A stretch of 64,000 nt of DNA from Octopus sinensis (GCF_006345805.1 NC_043004.1:105400001-105464000), one strand, 5' to 3'. Shown: positions 24,440 to 38,876, numbered from the stretch's first letter. Program-made: numbers and translations. The notes: generated from the sequence alone by a model not told the origin.

Positions 24440-24557
24440 GTATGTATACATATACATGTGTGTGTGTAAATACACACACATATATATACACATATATACA
24501 TATATATGTGTATGTATATCTATGTTTGTATATATGTGTATACATACATATATATAT

Positions 24558-24605
<48 letters not shown>

Positions 24606-24611
24606 ATATAT

Positions 24612-24645
<34 letters not shown>

Positions 24646-24649
24646 CGAG

Positions 24650-24682
<33 letters not shown>

Positions 24683-24946
24683 GCCTACTCACACACACAC
24701 ATATTTATAGACTAGCAGCGATATCCAGACTTGTCTACATTTATTAACACATAAAATAAATAAATAATTATGATCACTATATTTTTGATAAATTGCTTTA
24801 AAAAATGATGACAATCTTCAGAATTGTTCTATCCAAGTAAATCAGAAAATGATTCAAGTTGGCTTTCATAAATATATAGATGTATGTATGCATGTATGCA
24901 TGTATGTATGTATGTATGTATGTATGTATGTATGTATGTATGTATG

Positions 24947-24977
<31 letters not shown>

Positions 24978-25108
24978 TATGCATGCATGTATATATGCAT
25001 GTATGTATATATGTATGATGTATGTATATGTGTATGTATGTATGTATGCATGTAAATTTATGTATATATACACGTATGTATATATATATATATATATGCA
25101 TGTATGCA

Positions 25109-25156
<48 letters not shown>

Positions 25157-25160
25157 TAAT
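24400..25160. repeat. Compound (TA)n/(TATG)n/(CA)n microsatellite block
   Basis: Seen directly. Confidence 0.95.
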
Positions 25161-25519
25161 TTTAAATATAATTTTACTATTTATTTTATTTTCTGAGAAA
25201 ACTTTTTAATTGTACAAATTGGCACAATTTTAACGACTTGTTTTTCTAATCAGTGACTTTCTCCAATATTTATTGCAGCACTTGGTTGTAGGTTGTACTA
25301 TATCCCAGTCAGGGATAAAAAAGAAAAATTTTCATATAATGTCACATAGATTATGACCTTCTCTTTGGAATTATGAGTTCCTAAGCAAAATTTCAACTAC
25401 CCAGAAGCAGAACTTTGGTCTACTACTTCAAACATAAGTAAACATAGACTGCGTTTAAGATAATTATGTATATATTTAGGATAGATATATATATATATGT
25501 AAGATATATATATATATAT

Positions 25520-25683
25520 CATCATCATCATCATCGTTTAACGTCCGCTTTCCATGCTAGCATGGGTTGGACGATTTTGACTGAGGGCTGGCGAACCAAA
25601 TCGTTGCACCAGGCTCCATCTTGATTTGGCAGAGTTTCTACAGCTGGATGCCCTTCCTAACGCCAACCACTCCGAGAGTGTAG

Positions 25684-25685
<2 letters not shown>
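25520..25685 (-). mobile_element. RTE 3' terminal module, short copy
   Basis: (CAT)n cgtttaacgtccgctttccatgctagcatggg...cagctggatgcccttcctaacgccaaccactccgagagtg. Confidence 0.85.
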
Positions 25686-25714
<29 letters not shown>

Positions 25715-25754
25715 CCAAAGTCTTAGTAAGTAGGATGGCGAACACATCACAAAC

Positions 25755-27130
25755 CTCTTCAGGTAGATGGCCCGGCTTGATCTGTAGTAAAGGAGTAGGT
25801 AGTGTAGAAAAGATGTACCTAGTGTAAGCTATGGATGCATAAGAGGTGCAGCAACATCAAAGGAAGGTTAACTGGGAAGATAGCTTTTGTGTGTGGCAGA
25901 TGCACAGAGGCAATAAACACTGCAGGTGCTCAGAAAACTGATTCCATCACATGCCAGGGGAAGAAATGAAACTAGATGTAATTGATAGCTTCGGCTACCT
26001 AGAGGATCAATTCTGTAGTGGGGGTGGATGCTCAGAAAGCATTGCCACTAGAATAAGAATAGCCTGGGCAAAGTTCAGAAAGCTCCTACCTCTACTGGTA
26101 ACAAAGGGCCTCCCGCTCAGAGTGAAAGGTAGATTGTATGATGCATGTTTGTGAACTGCCATGCTACACAGCAGTGAAACATGGTCTATGACTGCTGAAG
26201 ACATGCGTAGGATCGAAAGAAATGAAGCTAGTATGATCTGCTTGATGTGTAATGTCAGTGTGCACATACAACAGAGTGTAAGCACCCTGAGAGAAATGTT
26301 GGACAAAAGCATCGGATGTGGTGTGCAAGAGAGACGACTGCGCTGGTATAGTCATGTACTATGCATGGATGAGGTGAGCTGTGTGAAGAAGTGTCATTCC
26401 CAAACAGTGGAAGGAACATGTGGAAGAGAGAGACCCAGAAAGACCTGGGATGAGGTGGTGAAGCATGACCTTTGAACATTGGGCCTCACAGAAGCAATAA
26501 CGAAAGACCGAGACCCATGGAGATATGCTGTGATTGAGAGGACTCGGCAAGGAAAGGAAGATCACAGCATAGCCTACACCAGTGTTGCATAACCAGACCA
26601 TTTAAAAAGTACCATTCAATCATCAGGCGACATTCCATGCTTGAGGAGACCTACTGAGTCAAGTAAATCAAAATCAAATCAAACTACAATCAAATGGAAA
26701 ATGTAGTTGTGGCCATTACCACTTCTGGTGGCATGTGATAAGCACCATTCATTCATGCATGGGTTGCTGCCAGAGCTGCCTGACTGGCTCCCTGTGCCGG
26801 TGGCATGTAAAAAGCACCGGCTGAATGTGGTCGATGGCAGCTCCTCCCCACCCCGCCCCAACTGGCTCCTGTGCTGGTGGCACATAAGCACGTAAAAAGC
26901 ACCATCTGAATGCGACCGATGCCAATACTGCCTGACTGGCTCCTGCACTCGTGGAACATAACAAGCACCCGCTACTCTCTTGGAGTGGTTGGCGTTTGGA
27001 AGGGCATCCAGCTGTAGAAACATTGCCAGATCAGATTGGAGCCTGGTGCGGCCTCCTGGCTTGCCAGTCTCCAGTCAAACCATCCAACTCATGCCAAGGA
27101 AAACGGACATTAAACGATGATGATGATGAA
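25755..27130 (+). mobile_element. RTE-clade LINE, 5'-truncated, with a decayed PHD-like segment, ORF2 C-terminus and 3' UTR
   Basis: ...EEMKLDVIDSFGYLEDQFCSGGGCSESIATRIRIAWAKFRKLLPLLVTKGLPLRVKGRLYDAC...MLHSSETW...RPRKTWDEVVKHDL; (GAT)n tail at ~27118-27130. Confidence 0.9.
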
Positions 27131-27159
27131 TATATATATATATATCAAAATCATATATA

Positions 27160-27466
27160 TATGTGTCGGTGGCACATAAAAAACACCATCCGAGCGTGGC
27201 CGTTCGCCAGCCTGTGTCGGTGGCACATAAAAAACACCATCCGAGCATGGCCGTTTGCCAGCCTCGTCTGGCACCTGTGTCGGTGGCACATAAAATCACC
27301 CACTACACTCTCGGAGTGGTTGGCGTTAGGAAGGGCATCCAGCTGTAGAAACACTGCCAGATCTGACTGGCCTGGTGCAGCCTTCGAGCTCCCCAGACCC
27401 CAGTTGAACCGTCCAACCCATGCTAGCATGGAAAGCGAACGTTAAACGATGATGATGATGATGATG
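27160..27466 (+). mobile_element. RTE 3' UTR module copy
   Basis: Tandem ggtggcacataaaaaacacc units, the aggaagggcatcc module and a (GAT)n tail. Confidence 0.88.
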
Positions 27467-27469
27467 AGA

Positions 27470-27810
<341 letters not shown>

Positions 27811-28429
27811 TTACAACTCTCATATAACACAGATTTTACTATATAAGTGTGACTGTAGTTTTACAGAGACATCACACAATATACCTGTAGCTGTGGGATA
27901 AAGGTGATATCATATAATATATCTGTGACTGAGGTATAGCAAACACTATCTGTATCTGTGATTATACAAGTACCATACAATATTCTTGTGACTGTGGTGT
28001 AATAGAGATATCACACATGTGCATGTGTATGTGGGTGTGTATGCACACACACTCACACAGATATGACAGTTTTGTAATTGAGATATCACACAGTGTGCAT
28101 GTAAATAGTGATATTACGGAATATACATGTGGTTGCGATGTGACTGACTGCACAGAACGTACATGTGACTGTAATTTATCAGCTGTTAAATAATGTATAT
28201 CTCTGTGATGTAACGTGCATCACGTAATGGATGCGACTGTGATGCAACAGCTTTGCAATGCATGTGGCAGTGATGTAACATGCATCATGTAATACAGAAA
28301 TCTGCAGTGTAACAGACATCATGTAATAGATGTAACAGATACGCCAGAATGCATTCAAATCTTGAAGAACAGAAGAATAGAAGCCAGCAGCAATCAGAAA
28401 TAATTGCACTGTTTGTTTTCCCACACCTG

Positions 28430-28475
28430 ACCGATTGGTGTATAGCTGACGTATGGATCCTGCAAGTCGCGCCAG
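28430..28475. promoter_or_regulatory. Second candidate promoter motif cluster
   Basis: GATTGG (reverse CCAAT) at 28433-28438, TGACGT (CRE-like) at 28447-28452 and GTCGCGCC at 28466-28473, in CpG-containing unique sequence upstream of exon candidates. Confidence 0.3.
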
Positions 28476-28978
28476 TTTCGTTCTGTGATTGAGAATCTCT
28501 ATATGAATGCGTTAGCTGAATTCGCACACAATCTTCATTCATTGATGACTGTTTTTCGTTCAGTTATTGATTGTGTATTATAGCATGCCACCAGTAAAGC
28601 ATGAGGCAGTGGGTGTAGTAGTAGTGTAGGTGAGAACATTAACGGAGTAGCTGCAACATTCTACCTTAGTGGATGTCTTCTTACTGCCGTCTGCCATTCC
28701 TTAGACTACTGCTGTTGCTGGAACCGGCTGTCTGCTACTACAGGAAGAAGATCGTGGCAAGTTACACTTTGAAAGCAGCAGACAGCTTTTTTCCTTCCTT
28801 TCTCTCTCTTTATTTCGTTCTCCTTCTCTTCTCTCTCTTATTTTCTTTTTGCCTATCTGTCAGCTTGTCTCTCTTTTGTTTTGTTTCATTTAAAAACCAG
28901 CATCAATCATAAATCATATCTGATGGAATGTCAAAAAATTTTCCTTAGCCTCATTGTTCTAGTGTCACCTCTCTATAG

Positions 28979-29019
28979 TGTTGACTATGAATTTGATAAG
29001 GAAACCAACAAGTCTCTTC
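28979..29019 (+). CDS. Candidate 41-nt exon (VDYEFDKETNKSL, or alternative frame MNLIRKPTSLF)
   Basis: cacctctctatag| acceptor and ttc|gtgagt donor, both near consensus; two frames are open. Confidence 0.5.
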
Positions 29020-29428
29020 GTGAGTGAAACGAAATACATCTAACAAGTAAATAAAATATGCAGTCACACTTCCTCTACTTTCATTTTCACTTTCCACTGG
29101 GAGTTATCATGCTGTTACCCACTTGGGTACTATAGACAGATGCACTAGACGCACATTTCTTTTGGTGGCAGCATTTCATCTTGTCAAAAATAGTATGTTA
29201 GGGTCAGATGTCAAGTTATATTAGCACCATCTATGATAACAGTTCACTGACAGCTGAACCTCAGCAGCAATCTGGTGCTCCTCATGGACACAACTGGATC
29301 TAGGCATTTACCACTGGTCATCTATACAATTTCACACTGGCCCACATATCTTCCCACACTCTACAAACTTGCATATCCCTATTTTAGTTATCTCCATGCT
29401 GAAGTGTGGTCCACTCTTCTTCTACCAG

Positions 29429-29538
29429 GCATGGCATGTTTTCAGTTTAGATGTTTGTCGTTTACTTACCCATGGAGGGATATTTTCCACTGGTTAACTA
29501 AGGCTCTGTCACGTCTTAGAAACAACACAACGCTACAG
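29429..29538 (+). CDS. Candidate exon ending ...CLSFTYPWRDIFHWLTKALSRLRNNTTLQ| (acceptor uncertain: 29429, 29446 or 29451)
   Basis: Strong cag|gttagt donor after 29538; several upstream AG acceptors with pyrimidine tracts; open frame. Confidence 0.35.
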
Positions 29539-29971
29539 GTTAGTATACTTTTATGCTTCTTCTTTTATACTTTTTTCCTTCTTTTACCTTCATCCTTTGT
29601 CACTTCCCATTAGCATCAATTTTTTTTATTGATTTGATTATAATCTTTGTCACTTCTTCCCAACTACATAACATAAAACATCAACAAAAAAATAAGGAAA
29701 TTCAAACAAATATCACACAATATTGTACTGTCTTCTCAAACTTCATGGAATAAAAAAAAAGTAGAGTCAGACCCTGTCATGTCATGAGGAATTAATTTCA
29801 TACTTTTTAATGAAGTTTATGAAACTTGGTTCTCTATTATGCTTCATTCATTTCTTTCTTTCTGTTTTCATTTTTATAAAATTTACGTTAACATGAAATC
29901 CTATATACTTTACTCCAATCCCATTTCTTTGAATATATTGATTTTTAATCAATAAAGCAATATATATATAT

Positions 29972-30043
<72 letters not shown>

Positions 30044-30158
30044 GTATGTATGTATATTATATGTATGTATATATATATGTTATATATATATATATATATT
30101 ATATATATACATATGTATACACATTATATATATAATATACGTATGTGTATATATTATT

Positions 30159-30196
<38 letters not shown>

Positions 30197-30900
30197 TATG
30201 ATATATGTATATATATATATACACAAATAAATTCTAAAGTTACCTGTTCCAGAACATAGTAGTGCTACTTTCAGTAAAGTATGAAAACTTAACATAAACA
30301 TGTTTTATTAAAACATAGAATTGAATCAACAAAAGTAATTTTGTAAGAGTCAATATATGATACATACATACATGCATACATACATACAATTATACACACA
30401 CACACACACATAATATACATGCACATATGTATGTATGTCAATATACTTATGTAGACATGTGTTTGATGTGTGTATATTTTCTACTCATTACTCATACAAG
30501 TTTGCTGTCACATTCCCGTGTTGGTCTTCATCTCAAGACGATGCCCTCCCTCACGGTGGAGGTGTATAAGAACTTCTGTCGAGTCACATTCACTTCGTTG
30601 TATTATGTAGACCTTCAAATGAACCCAAGTCACGTGGCATGTTTCACCTCTGTGTGAACACCTACAATTTTAGATGTACACACTTGTGTACTTTCATACA
30701 CTCAGTAGCTATACTTTATCTCATATATATATTCAGTTTTGTATTGTATACACACACACACATGTATGCATGTATATATATATATGTATATATATATGTA
30801 TGTATGTATATATATGTATATATATATGTATGATATATATATAATATATTATATATATATGTATGTAATATTATATATATATATATATATATATAATATG

Positions 30901-30961
<61 letters not shown>

Positions 30962-31567
30962 ATATATATATATATGTATGTGTGTGTATCTATAAATACA
31001 CACAGACTGTGTGTGGTGTATACACACACACATGCACACATACGCTCACCTCCACCTGTCTTCAAGAGTTACTTTGAAGAAGACATGATCATCAGATCTA
31101 AGTAGCCAGTCACATTTATCTGATCACATGAAAGAAATTGCCTTTCATGTGTATTGTGTTTTCCAATCATCAGAGATCGATTATAAAAAAAATGTAACAA
31201 ACAATACGCAGACACAAACACAGACACACAAACACAGACACACATGCACTCACACTTTGTCACAAACATATGAATTGTAGGTACACGCTGTCATACATAT
31301 GTTCGTGTATATATACATCCTTCGAAAATATCTACATCCACACGTACACCCTCAAACATTACATGAAAGCTGTATACCTAAAGTCATCCATTCATCCATT
31401 CATTTTTTCAGATATCCATCCTACATATACATATATGTATTCACACACATGTGCACAGACATAAACACATGTACACACACACACACACACACACACTTGT
31501 GGATACATATATGTACAGTCATCCATCTGTTACAAACACGTATATATGTGTGCATGGCCAGTTGTGC

Positions 31568-31598
<31 letters not shown>

Positions 31599-31659
31599 CT
31601 TTATACTTACATATATACATCATCATCATCATCATCATCGTTTAACGTCCGTTTTCCGT

Positions 31660-31777
31660 GATGTATGTATGTATGTACGTATGTATGTATATATCCAATC
31701 TACTAGTCCACATATATGTATGCACTCATCCACAACTGCATATACATACATGCCTTCATGTGCTCAAACACATGTGA

Positions 31778-31821
<44 letters not shown>

Positions 31822-32525
31822 CCCATCTATAAATATATACCGACAGGCTCCATGTGTGTGTATATGCATATAGATATATGTGTGTACATGCATATAGATA
31901 TATGTGTGTACATATATGTGTGTACATATGTATATATAATTGTATATATAGATACATACACACACACATATATATATATATATATACATATATGTGTGTG
32001 TCTGTATATACACACGCACATACACACATATATATCTATCTTTATATACATATGTATATATGTGTGCATGTATATATGTGTATATATATTTATGTATGTA
32101 TTTTAAACAAACAACACACGGACACAGACACACATGTGAGAGATATATAATGCTGTCAAGCATATGTTCATACATAAATCCATTTTATCTTATCATCCAC
32201 ACATACACGGACACAGGACACAAAAGCATGAAAGATGTACAAAGTAAAATATACATTCATTCATATATATATATGTATATATATGTGTATGTGTGTGTGT
32301 GTATGTGTATGTATGTATGTCTGTATGTACGTATGTATGTATGTATATATCCAATCTACTAGTCCACATATATGTATGCACTCATCCACAACTGCATATA
32401 CATACATGCCTTCATGTGCTCAAACACATGTGATGTGTGTGTATATATATATATATAGTTACCCATCTATAAATATATACCGACAGGCTCCATGTGTATG
32501 TATATGCATATAGATATATGTGTGT
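31660..32525. repeat. Direct duplication of a ~220-bp unique segment (anchors 31691 and 32347)
   Basis: atatccaatctactagtccac...gttacccatctataaatatataccgacaggctccatg occurs twice, almost identically. Confidence 0.9.
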
Positions 32526-32543
32526 ACATTTGTATGTGTAGTG

Positions 32544-32602
<59 letters not shown>

Positions 32603-33248
32603 GAATGTGTGTATGAATGGGTGTGTATGGACGTGTGTGTGTGTGTGTGTGCATGTGTGCGTGTGTCTTTCTATTTGTGTCTGTTCCCTCACTGCTGGAC
32701 AACCGGCGTCAGTTTGTTTATGACTTTGTAATTTAGCAGTTTGGTAAAGGAAACTGATGGAATAATTACCAGACTTTAAAATGGAAGATATCAGTACTAA
32801 GGGCGATTTGTTTGACTAAAACGCTTCAAGGTGGTGCCCCAGTGTGGTTGTGGTCTGATTACTAACATGAGTAAAGTATGCATCTTTGTAAATGTGTGTA
32901 TGTGTGTGGCTGTGTGGTGTATAATCATGTATATGAAAACACATATGCAAAATAATCACACACACACATGCAAAATATACTAACATACATATATACATAT
33001 GTATATGCATTAACAGGTGGTGCCTTAGCATGGCCACAGCCTTAGGGCTGAAACAAATCAAATAATTAAAGAATACATACATATACATACATGTACATAA
33101 TTACATATATATATACTTATATATAGATACAGACATATGTGCATATGTACATAGCCAAACCAGCCAACCTACCCATGCCAGTATAGAAAACGGATGTTAA
33201 ATGATGATGAAAACATATTATATATATATGTGTGTGTGTATATATATA

Positions 33249-33279
<31 letters not shown>

Positions 33280-33355
33280 ATATAAATATACAGATACATA
33301 TATACACACACACACACACAGACACAGACACACAAGACACACACACACACACCAC

Positions 33356-33387
<32 letters not shown>

Positions 33388-33909
33388 AAGATAGATAAGT
33401 ACATGTATATTATATATATATGCAAACAGAATTGTATACATCCATGCAAAGACAGAGAGAGATACAGAGGGAGAGAGTGAAGGAGAAATATTTGTCAGAA
33501 ATGATTGCTTAACCTAGTAGATAAATTGATAATTTATTTAGATGGATATTTCTTAAAGTCTGCATATTTATGTGGGAGTGTGTCCAATATAGCAATAATC
33601 CCACCAACACCAATCACCAATACTACCAGTACTGCCTTCACTGCCATCGCCACCACCAACACCACCACCACCACCACCAAGAAGTTATTGGTGATAACAT
33701 CTACAACAACACCAGACACACACATTTTTAATTACATCAGTCAATTGTTATTTGTACGTGCTGTCACATGTTAGTTATATGTAACATATACAGCCTCTCA
33801 AACATGTTCACACCCACCCACGCATATACATACATACATACATACATACATACACACACATGTATAATATATAGATTTAATATATATATATATATAATAT
33901 ATATATTAT

Positions 33910-36283
33910 ATATGTATTCATATCTGTATATGTGTGTGTGTGTTATGAACGTTTGTATGTGTGTATATATATATATATGTATGTATGTATATGCACATGC
34001 ATATGCTTATATACATATTATGTATGTGTGTGTGTATCTATATATATATATCATGTATAAGGAAATATATGTGTGTATATGTATATGTGTAAGTTTTTGT
34101 GTTTGTGCATGTGTATATATTGTGTGTGTGTGGTTGTGTGTGTGTGTGTGTGTCACCATTACTATCATCACCATCATTTAACAACTGTTCTATGCTGACA
34201 AGACTGGACAGTTTGAAAAGATCAATGGGCCAAGTACTTCAATGTGCTCCTGAGTCTCCTTTGCACATGGTCTGTACAGCTGGATGCCCTTCCGAATGTC
34301 AACCATATTGTGACATGTACTAGGTGCTTTGTTTCATTCCACCGGCACTAATGGGGTCACCATGCAGCTTGCAAGACTAGAAATCCTGCGGGTGCACCTT
34401 TCAGCTGGGAGATAGGTGGTAAAAATGTTTGAGAAGGGTAAGAGCAGAACAAATTTTTTTGCTGTAGAGGAGCTATGGGACTATACTATTTGCATTTCAA
34501 AAGAGAGGACATGAATGGTTGGGTGTAGTGATGAGGCATCAGGGTGGACCTTCAGGTTACTAAGTAGACAGAAATGAGAGTGGTACAGAGGGACCAGGAG
34601 TTTGGCTGGGTGAAAGCTAGGGAGAGTGAGAAGGAGATGACTGACAGTGCAGAACAGCAGAATGGTAATAAGGATAACGTAGACAGGAGAAGGCTGGGTG
34701 AGAGGTGACATGATGTTGGATAGTTTGCAGAAGTGAGGTAGGGAAGAGAGAGAGAGAGAGAGAGGCGGGTGTAGTGCATGAGGTGGTTAAGAGACTTATG
34801 GTGGTGATGGAGGAGGGAGAGATAATTTTGGGGATCAGTGGGGACGGTGATGATCAATGAAAGCGTGGGTGGATAGAGCAGTTATTAATGGATGAAGGAT
34901 GGATGATAAATGAAATGGATTTGGGTATTGAGAAAAGTAAGTGGTGTCAAGGGAGAGCTGCAGTAAGAAGATGGAAATTGGGCAAAGGCCGAGTTGTCTA
35001 CACACACACACACACACACACACGCACGCACAACACACAAATATATGAATATAAATATATAACGTGTGTGTGTGGTGTGTTATATATATATATATATATT
35101 TGTATGCATGTATATATATATGTATTCATATCTGTATATGTGTGTGTGTGTTTATGAACGTTTGTATGTTGTGTATATATATATATATGTATGTATGTAT
35201 ATGCACATGCATATGCTTATTTATACATATTATGTATGTGTGTGTTTGTATCTATATATATATATTCATGTATAAGGAAATATATATGTGTGTATATGTA
35301 TATGTGTAAGTTTTTGTGTTTGTGCATGTGTATATATATGTGTGTGTGTGTGTGTGTGTATGTGTGTGTCACCATTACTATCATCACCATCATTTAACAA
35401 CTGTTCTATGCTGACAAGACTGGACAGTTTGAAAAGATCCAATGGGCCAAGTACTTCAATGTGCTCCTGAGTCTCCTTTGCACATGGTCTGTACAGCTGG
35501 ATGCCCTTCCGAATGTCAACCATATTGTGACATGTACTAGGTGCTTTGTTTCATTCCACCGGCACTAATGGGGTCACCATGCAGCTTGCAAGACTAGAAA
35601 TCCTGCGGGTGCACCTTTCAGCTGGAGATAGGTGGTAAAAATGTTTGAGAAGGTAAGAGCAGAACAAATTTTTTTGCTGTAGAGGAGCTATGGGACTATA
35701 CTATTTGCATTTCAAAAGAGAGGACATGAATGGTTGGGTGTAGTGATGAGGCATCAGGGTGGACCTTCAGGTTACTAAGTAGACAGAAATGAGAGTGGTA
35801 CAGAGGGACCAGGAGTTTGGCTGGGTGAAAGCTATGGGGAGAGTGAGAAGGAGATGACTGACAGTGCAGAACAGCAGAATGGTAATAAGGATAAAGTAGA
35901 CAGGAGAAGGCTGGGTGAGAGGTGACATGATGTTGGATAGTTTGCAGAAGTGAGGTAGGGAAGAGAGAGAGAGAGAGAGAGGCGGGTGTAGTGCATGAGG
36001 TGGTTAAGAGACTTATGGTGGTGATGGAGGAGGGGAGAGATAATTTTGGTGGATCAGTGGGGACGGTGATGATCAATGAAAGCGTGGGTGGATAGAGCAG
36101 TTATTAATGGATGAAGGATGGATGATAAATGAAATGGATTTGGGTATTGAGAAAAGTAAGTGGTGTCAAGGGAGAGCTGCAGTAAGAAGATGGAAATTGG
36201 GCAAAAGGCCGAGTTGTCTACACACACACACACACACACACACGCACGCACACACACACAATATATGAATATAAATATATAAC

Positions 36284-36323
<40 letters not shown>

Positions 36324-36340
36324 TTGTATGCATGTATATA
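33910..36340. repeat. ~1.2-kb tandem duplication (33910-35110 / 35118-36340), containing a minus-strand retroelement that ends in the GGAAGGGCATCC module
   Basis: Near-identical copies differing mostly by single-base indels in short homopolymers. Confidence 0.9.
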
Positions 36341-36939
36341 TATATGTATTTATTTATATATGTATTTATATATATATATGTATATACATACATACATATA
36401 TATATATATATACATATATATATACACATATATATACATATATATATATATACATATATACATACATATATGTATATATATATATATACATATACATACA
36501 TATATACATATATGAATATATATGTGTGTGTGTTTATGTATGTGTATATGACAAATGTGAGCACATGCACTTATGTTCCATTAGCATTCAGTATGCATAT
36601 ATGCACACACATTCATGTGGATGCATGCAGACATGTGTGCAAACATACGTGCAGTTGGGTGTATACATGCACACTGAACTGTGTTTGTGTATACTAATAG
36701 CAAAACAAAACTTACATTTGTATATTCACCCACAGACACACTTGATGCACATGTACTCTTCAATGTATATATCCATCTGTCATTCTTCATTTAAACCTAA
36801 TTAGAATGCTACATATATAATTAAGTAATAAAATGTCTGAGGGCATTTACAGATGCATGTCTATGTAATATACATGGCATGTATGTATATGTTTATATAT
36901 AACCATGAGCTGTATAAATTTCATTCACATTCTTCTTTC

Positions 36940-37137
36940 ATTCTTCTTTTATTTGCTTCAGTCATTTGACTACAGCCATGCTGGAGTATTTGCCTTTTAG
37001 TTGAACAAATTAACCCCACGACTTATTCTTTGGTCTCTTCTGCCGAACCGCTAAGTTACGGGGATGTAAACACACCGACATCAGTTGTCAAGCAATGATG
37101 GGGGGGGGGGACAAACACTGACATACAAAAACACACA

Positions 37138-37201
<64 letters not shown>

Positions 37202-37335
37202 ACAGGCTTCTTTCAGTTTCTGTCTGCCAAATCCACTCACAAGGCTTTCGTCAGATTGAGGTTATAGCAGAAGACACAAGCCGAAGGTGCTACACAGTGG
37301 GACCCGAACCAAGAACCATGTGATTGAACCAAACT
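36940..37335 (-). mobile_element. SINE family A, full-length
   Basis: cagtcatttgactacagccatgctggag...cttctttcagtttc...acagtgggacccgaaccaagaaccatg...ccacacagccatgcc. Confidence 0.88.
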
Positions 37336-37734
37336 TCTTTCCACACAGCCATGCCTATATACAAAAAGATATTTTTTTTAATAGTTGGTTGACAGGGAAA
37401 AAACTGTGCATATAGTGTTCTTAGGACCTCCATAACAAGCCTGATTCTCTTGTGCAGATATAAGGGGACAGAAGCATGGAACATTTGGGCAAAGCAGGTT
37501 GACAATCTGGGGATGAAGAAGTGGATATTGTGATTAGTGTAGGGCCATGTGAAAACATGTCGCCTAGGGGTTAGGGCATAGGGTTTGTAAGCGTAATGCA
37601 GTAGGTTCAATTTCTGATCTGGGTGGTGAGTTCTGTCCCTATACAAAACTTTTCATTTCTCATTGTTCCAGTGGTCTCAGCTGAAATGAGTTCCAGCTGT
37701 TTTTGTTCATCTAATGCCCTTTTAATAATAGCAC

Positions 37735-37741
37735 CACCACC

Positions 37742-37800
<59 letters not shown>

Positions 37801-37844
37801 AAACAACAACAATGATAATGATGATGATAATGATAATAATAATA

Positions 37845-37875
<31 letters not shown>

Positions 37876-37890
37876 GGTTATGATAATAAT
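37735..37890. repeat. Compound (CAC)n(AAC)n(AAT)n microsatellite
   Basis: Seen directly. Confidence 0.95.
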
Positions 37891-37894
37891 GTGA

Positions 37895-38215
37895 AGGTGT
37901 GTGGCTTAGTGGTTAGGGCATTCAGTTCATGATCATAAGGACGTGAGTTCAATTCCTGGCGATGCATTTTGTCCTTGGGCAAGTCACTTTATTTCACGTT
38001 GCCCCAGTCCACTCAGCTGGCACAAATGAGTTGTACCTGTATTTCAAAGAGTCAGTCTTGTCACATCCTGTGTCACACTGAATCTCCCTGAGAACTACAT
38101 TAAGGGTATGTGTGTCTGTGGAGTGCTCAGCCACTTGCATGTTAATTTCATGAGCAAGCTGTTCCATTGATCATATCAGCTGGGACCCTCATCGTCGTAA
38201 CCGACAGAATGCTCC
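37895..38215 (+). mobile_element. SINE family C, full-length
   Basis: gtgtggcttagtggttagggc...gtgagttcaattcctggc...tccttgggcaagtcactttatttcacgttgccccagtccactcagctgg...; ends at (TAA)n. Confidence 0.85.
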
Positions 38216-38246
38216 TTTAATAATAATAATGATGATGATGATAATA

Positions 38247-38800
38247 TACCCTGATGCAGTACCAGGCAGTGACCCTTATGGCTTCTGATCTTAACTGATT
38301 GGAAGTGTTATCATGTAGATTGTTTTTGTCTTGGTATAAAAGATGGACTACAGCAAACATTCTGCTCAATACCACAAATTTGCTTGTCCGTTGTTTGACC
38401 TTAACCAGTAGAGCATGTCCCTTAGTGGCTGATGATATGTGCATCTCTGATCACGAGCAGAAGTAGTGGGGGAGCATCATAGCTGTGTGTTGAAAGGAAT
38501 TCTTAGAGGTTTGGATAATTCGCCTTTGGAAACAAGGGTGGTTCGTTCAACATCCTTAAACAATCCTTATCCAGGGACCTTTTGAACGGGATGGGTTACT
38601 CGGCCAGAAGAAAATTCTAACTGGGCCCCCACCTGCAAGGTCATGCACTGTTTATCTAGATATGAGATCACAATGCTGTGCACATATGGTTGTGATGCAT
38701 GTGCCTGGTGTATCCTTATCAGACGGGTAGTTATGATGGGAATACTGGGTATATTTTATCCCAGTGTCACTTTGATGGCATGCACTGCCCTCTCACTCAA
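38247..38800 (+). mobile_element. ~550-bp unclassified non-coding element between (TAA)n arrays (possibly the 3' UTR of a microsatellite-targeting non-LTR element)
   Basis: Sharp boundaries at AAT repeats on both sides; no ORF. The class is inferred from context. Confidence 0.45.
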
Positions 38801-38808
38801 TAATGATC

Positions 38809-38874
<66 letters not shown>

Positions 38875-38876
<2 letters not shown>

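Noticed and set aside
28630-28710. Minus-strand first exon MADGSKKTSTK|gtagaa, and plus-strand signal-peptide-like ORF MSSYCRLPFLRLLLLL
   Set aside because: The two readings conflict, neither has a supported partner exon, and the sequence alone cannot decide between them.
30500-30660. Unique segment with open frames on both strands
   Set aside because: The splice signals are mediocre and no peptide is recognisable; it was left uncalled.
31060-31175. Minus-strand CTGATGA motifs near hairpins (also at ~44596 and ~51190)
   Set aside because: GAAA is missing or misplaced, or the pairing is short and AU-only, as expected by chance in this composition.
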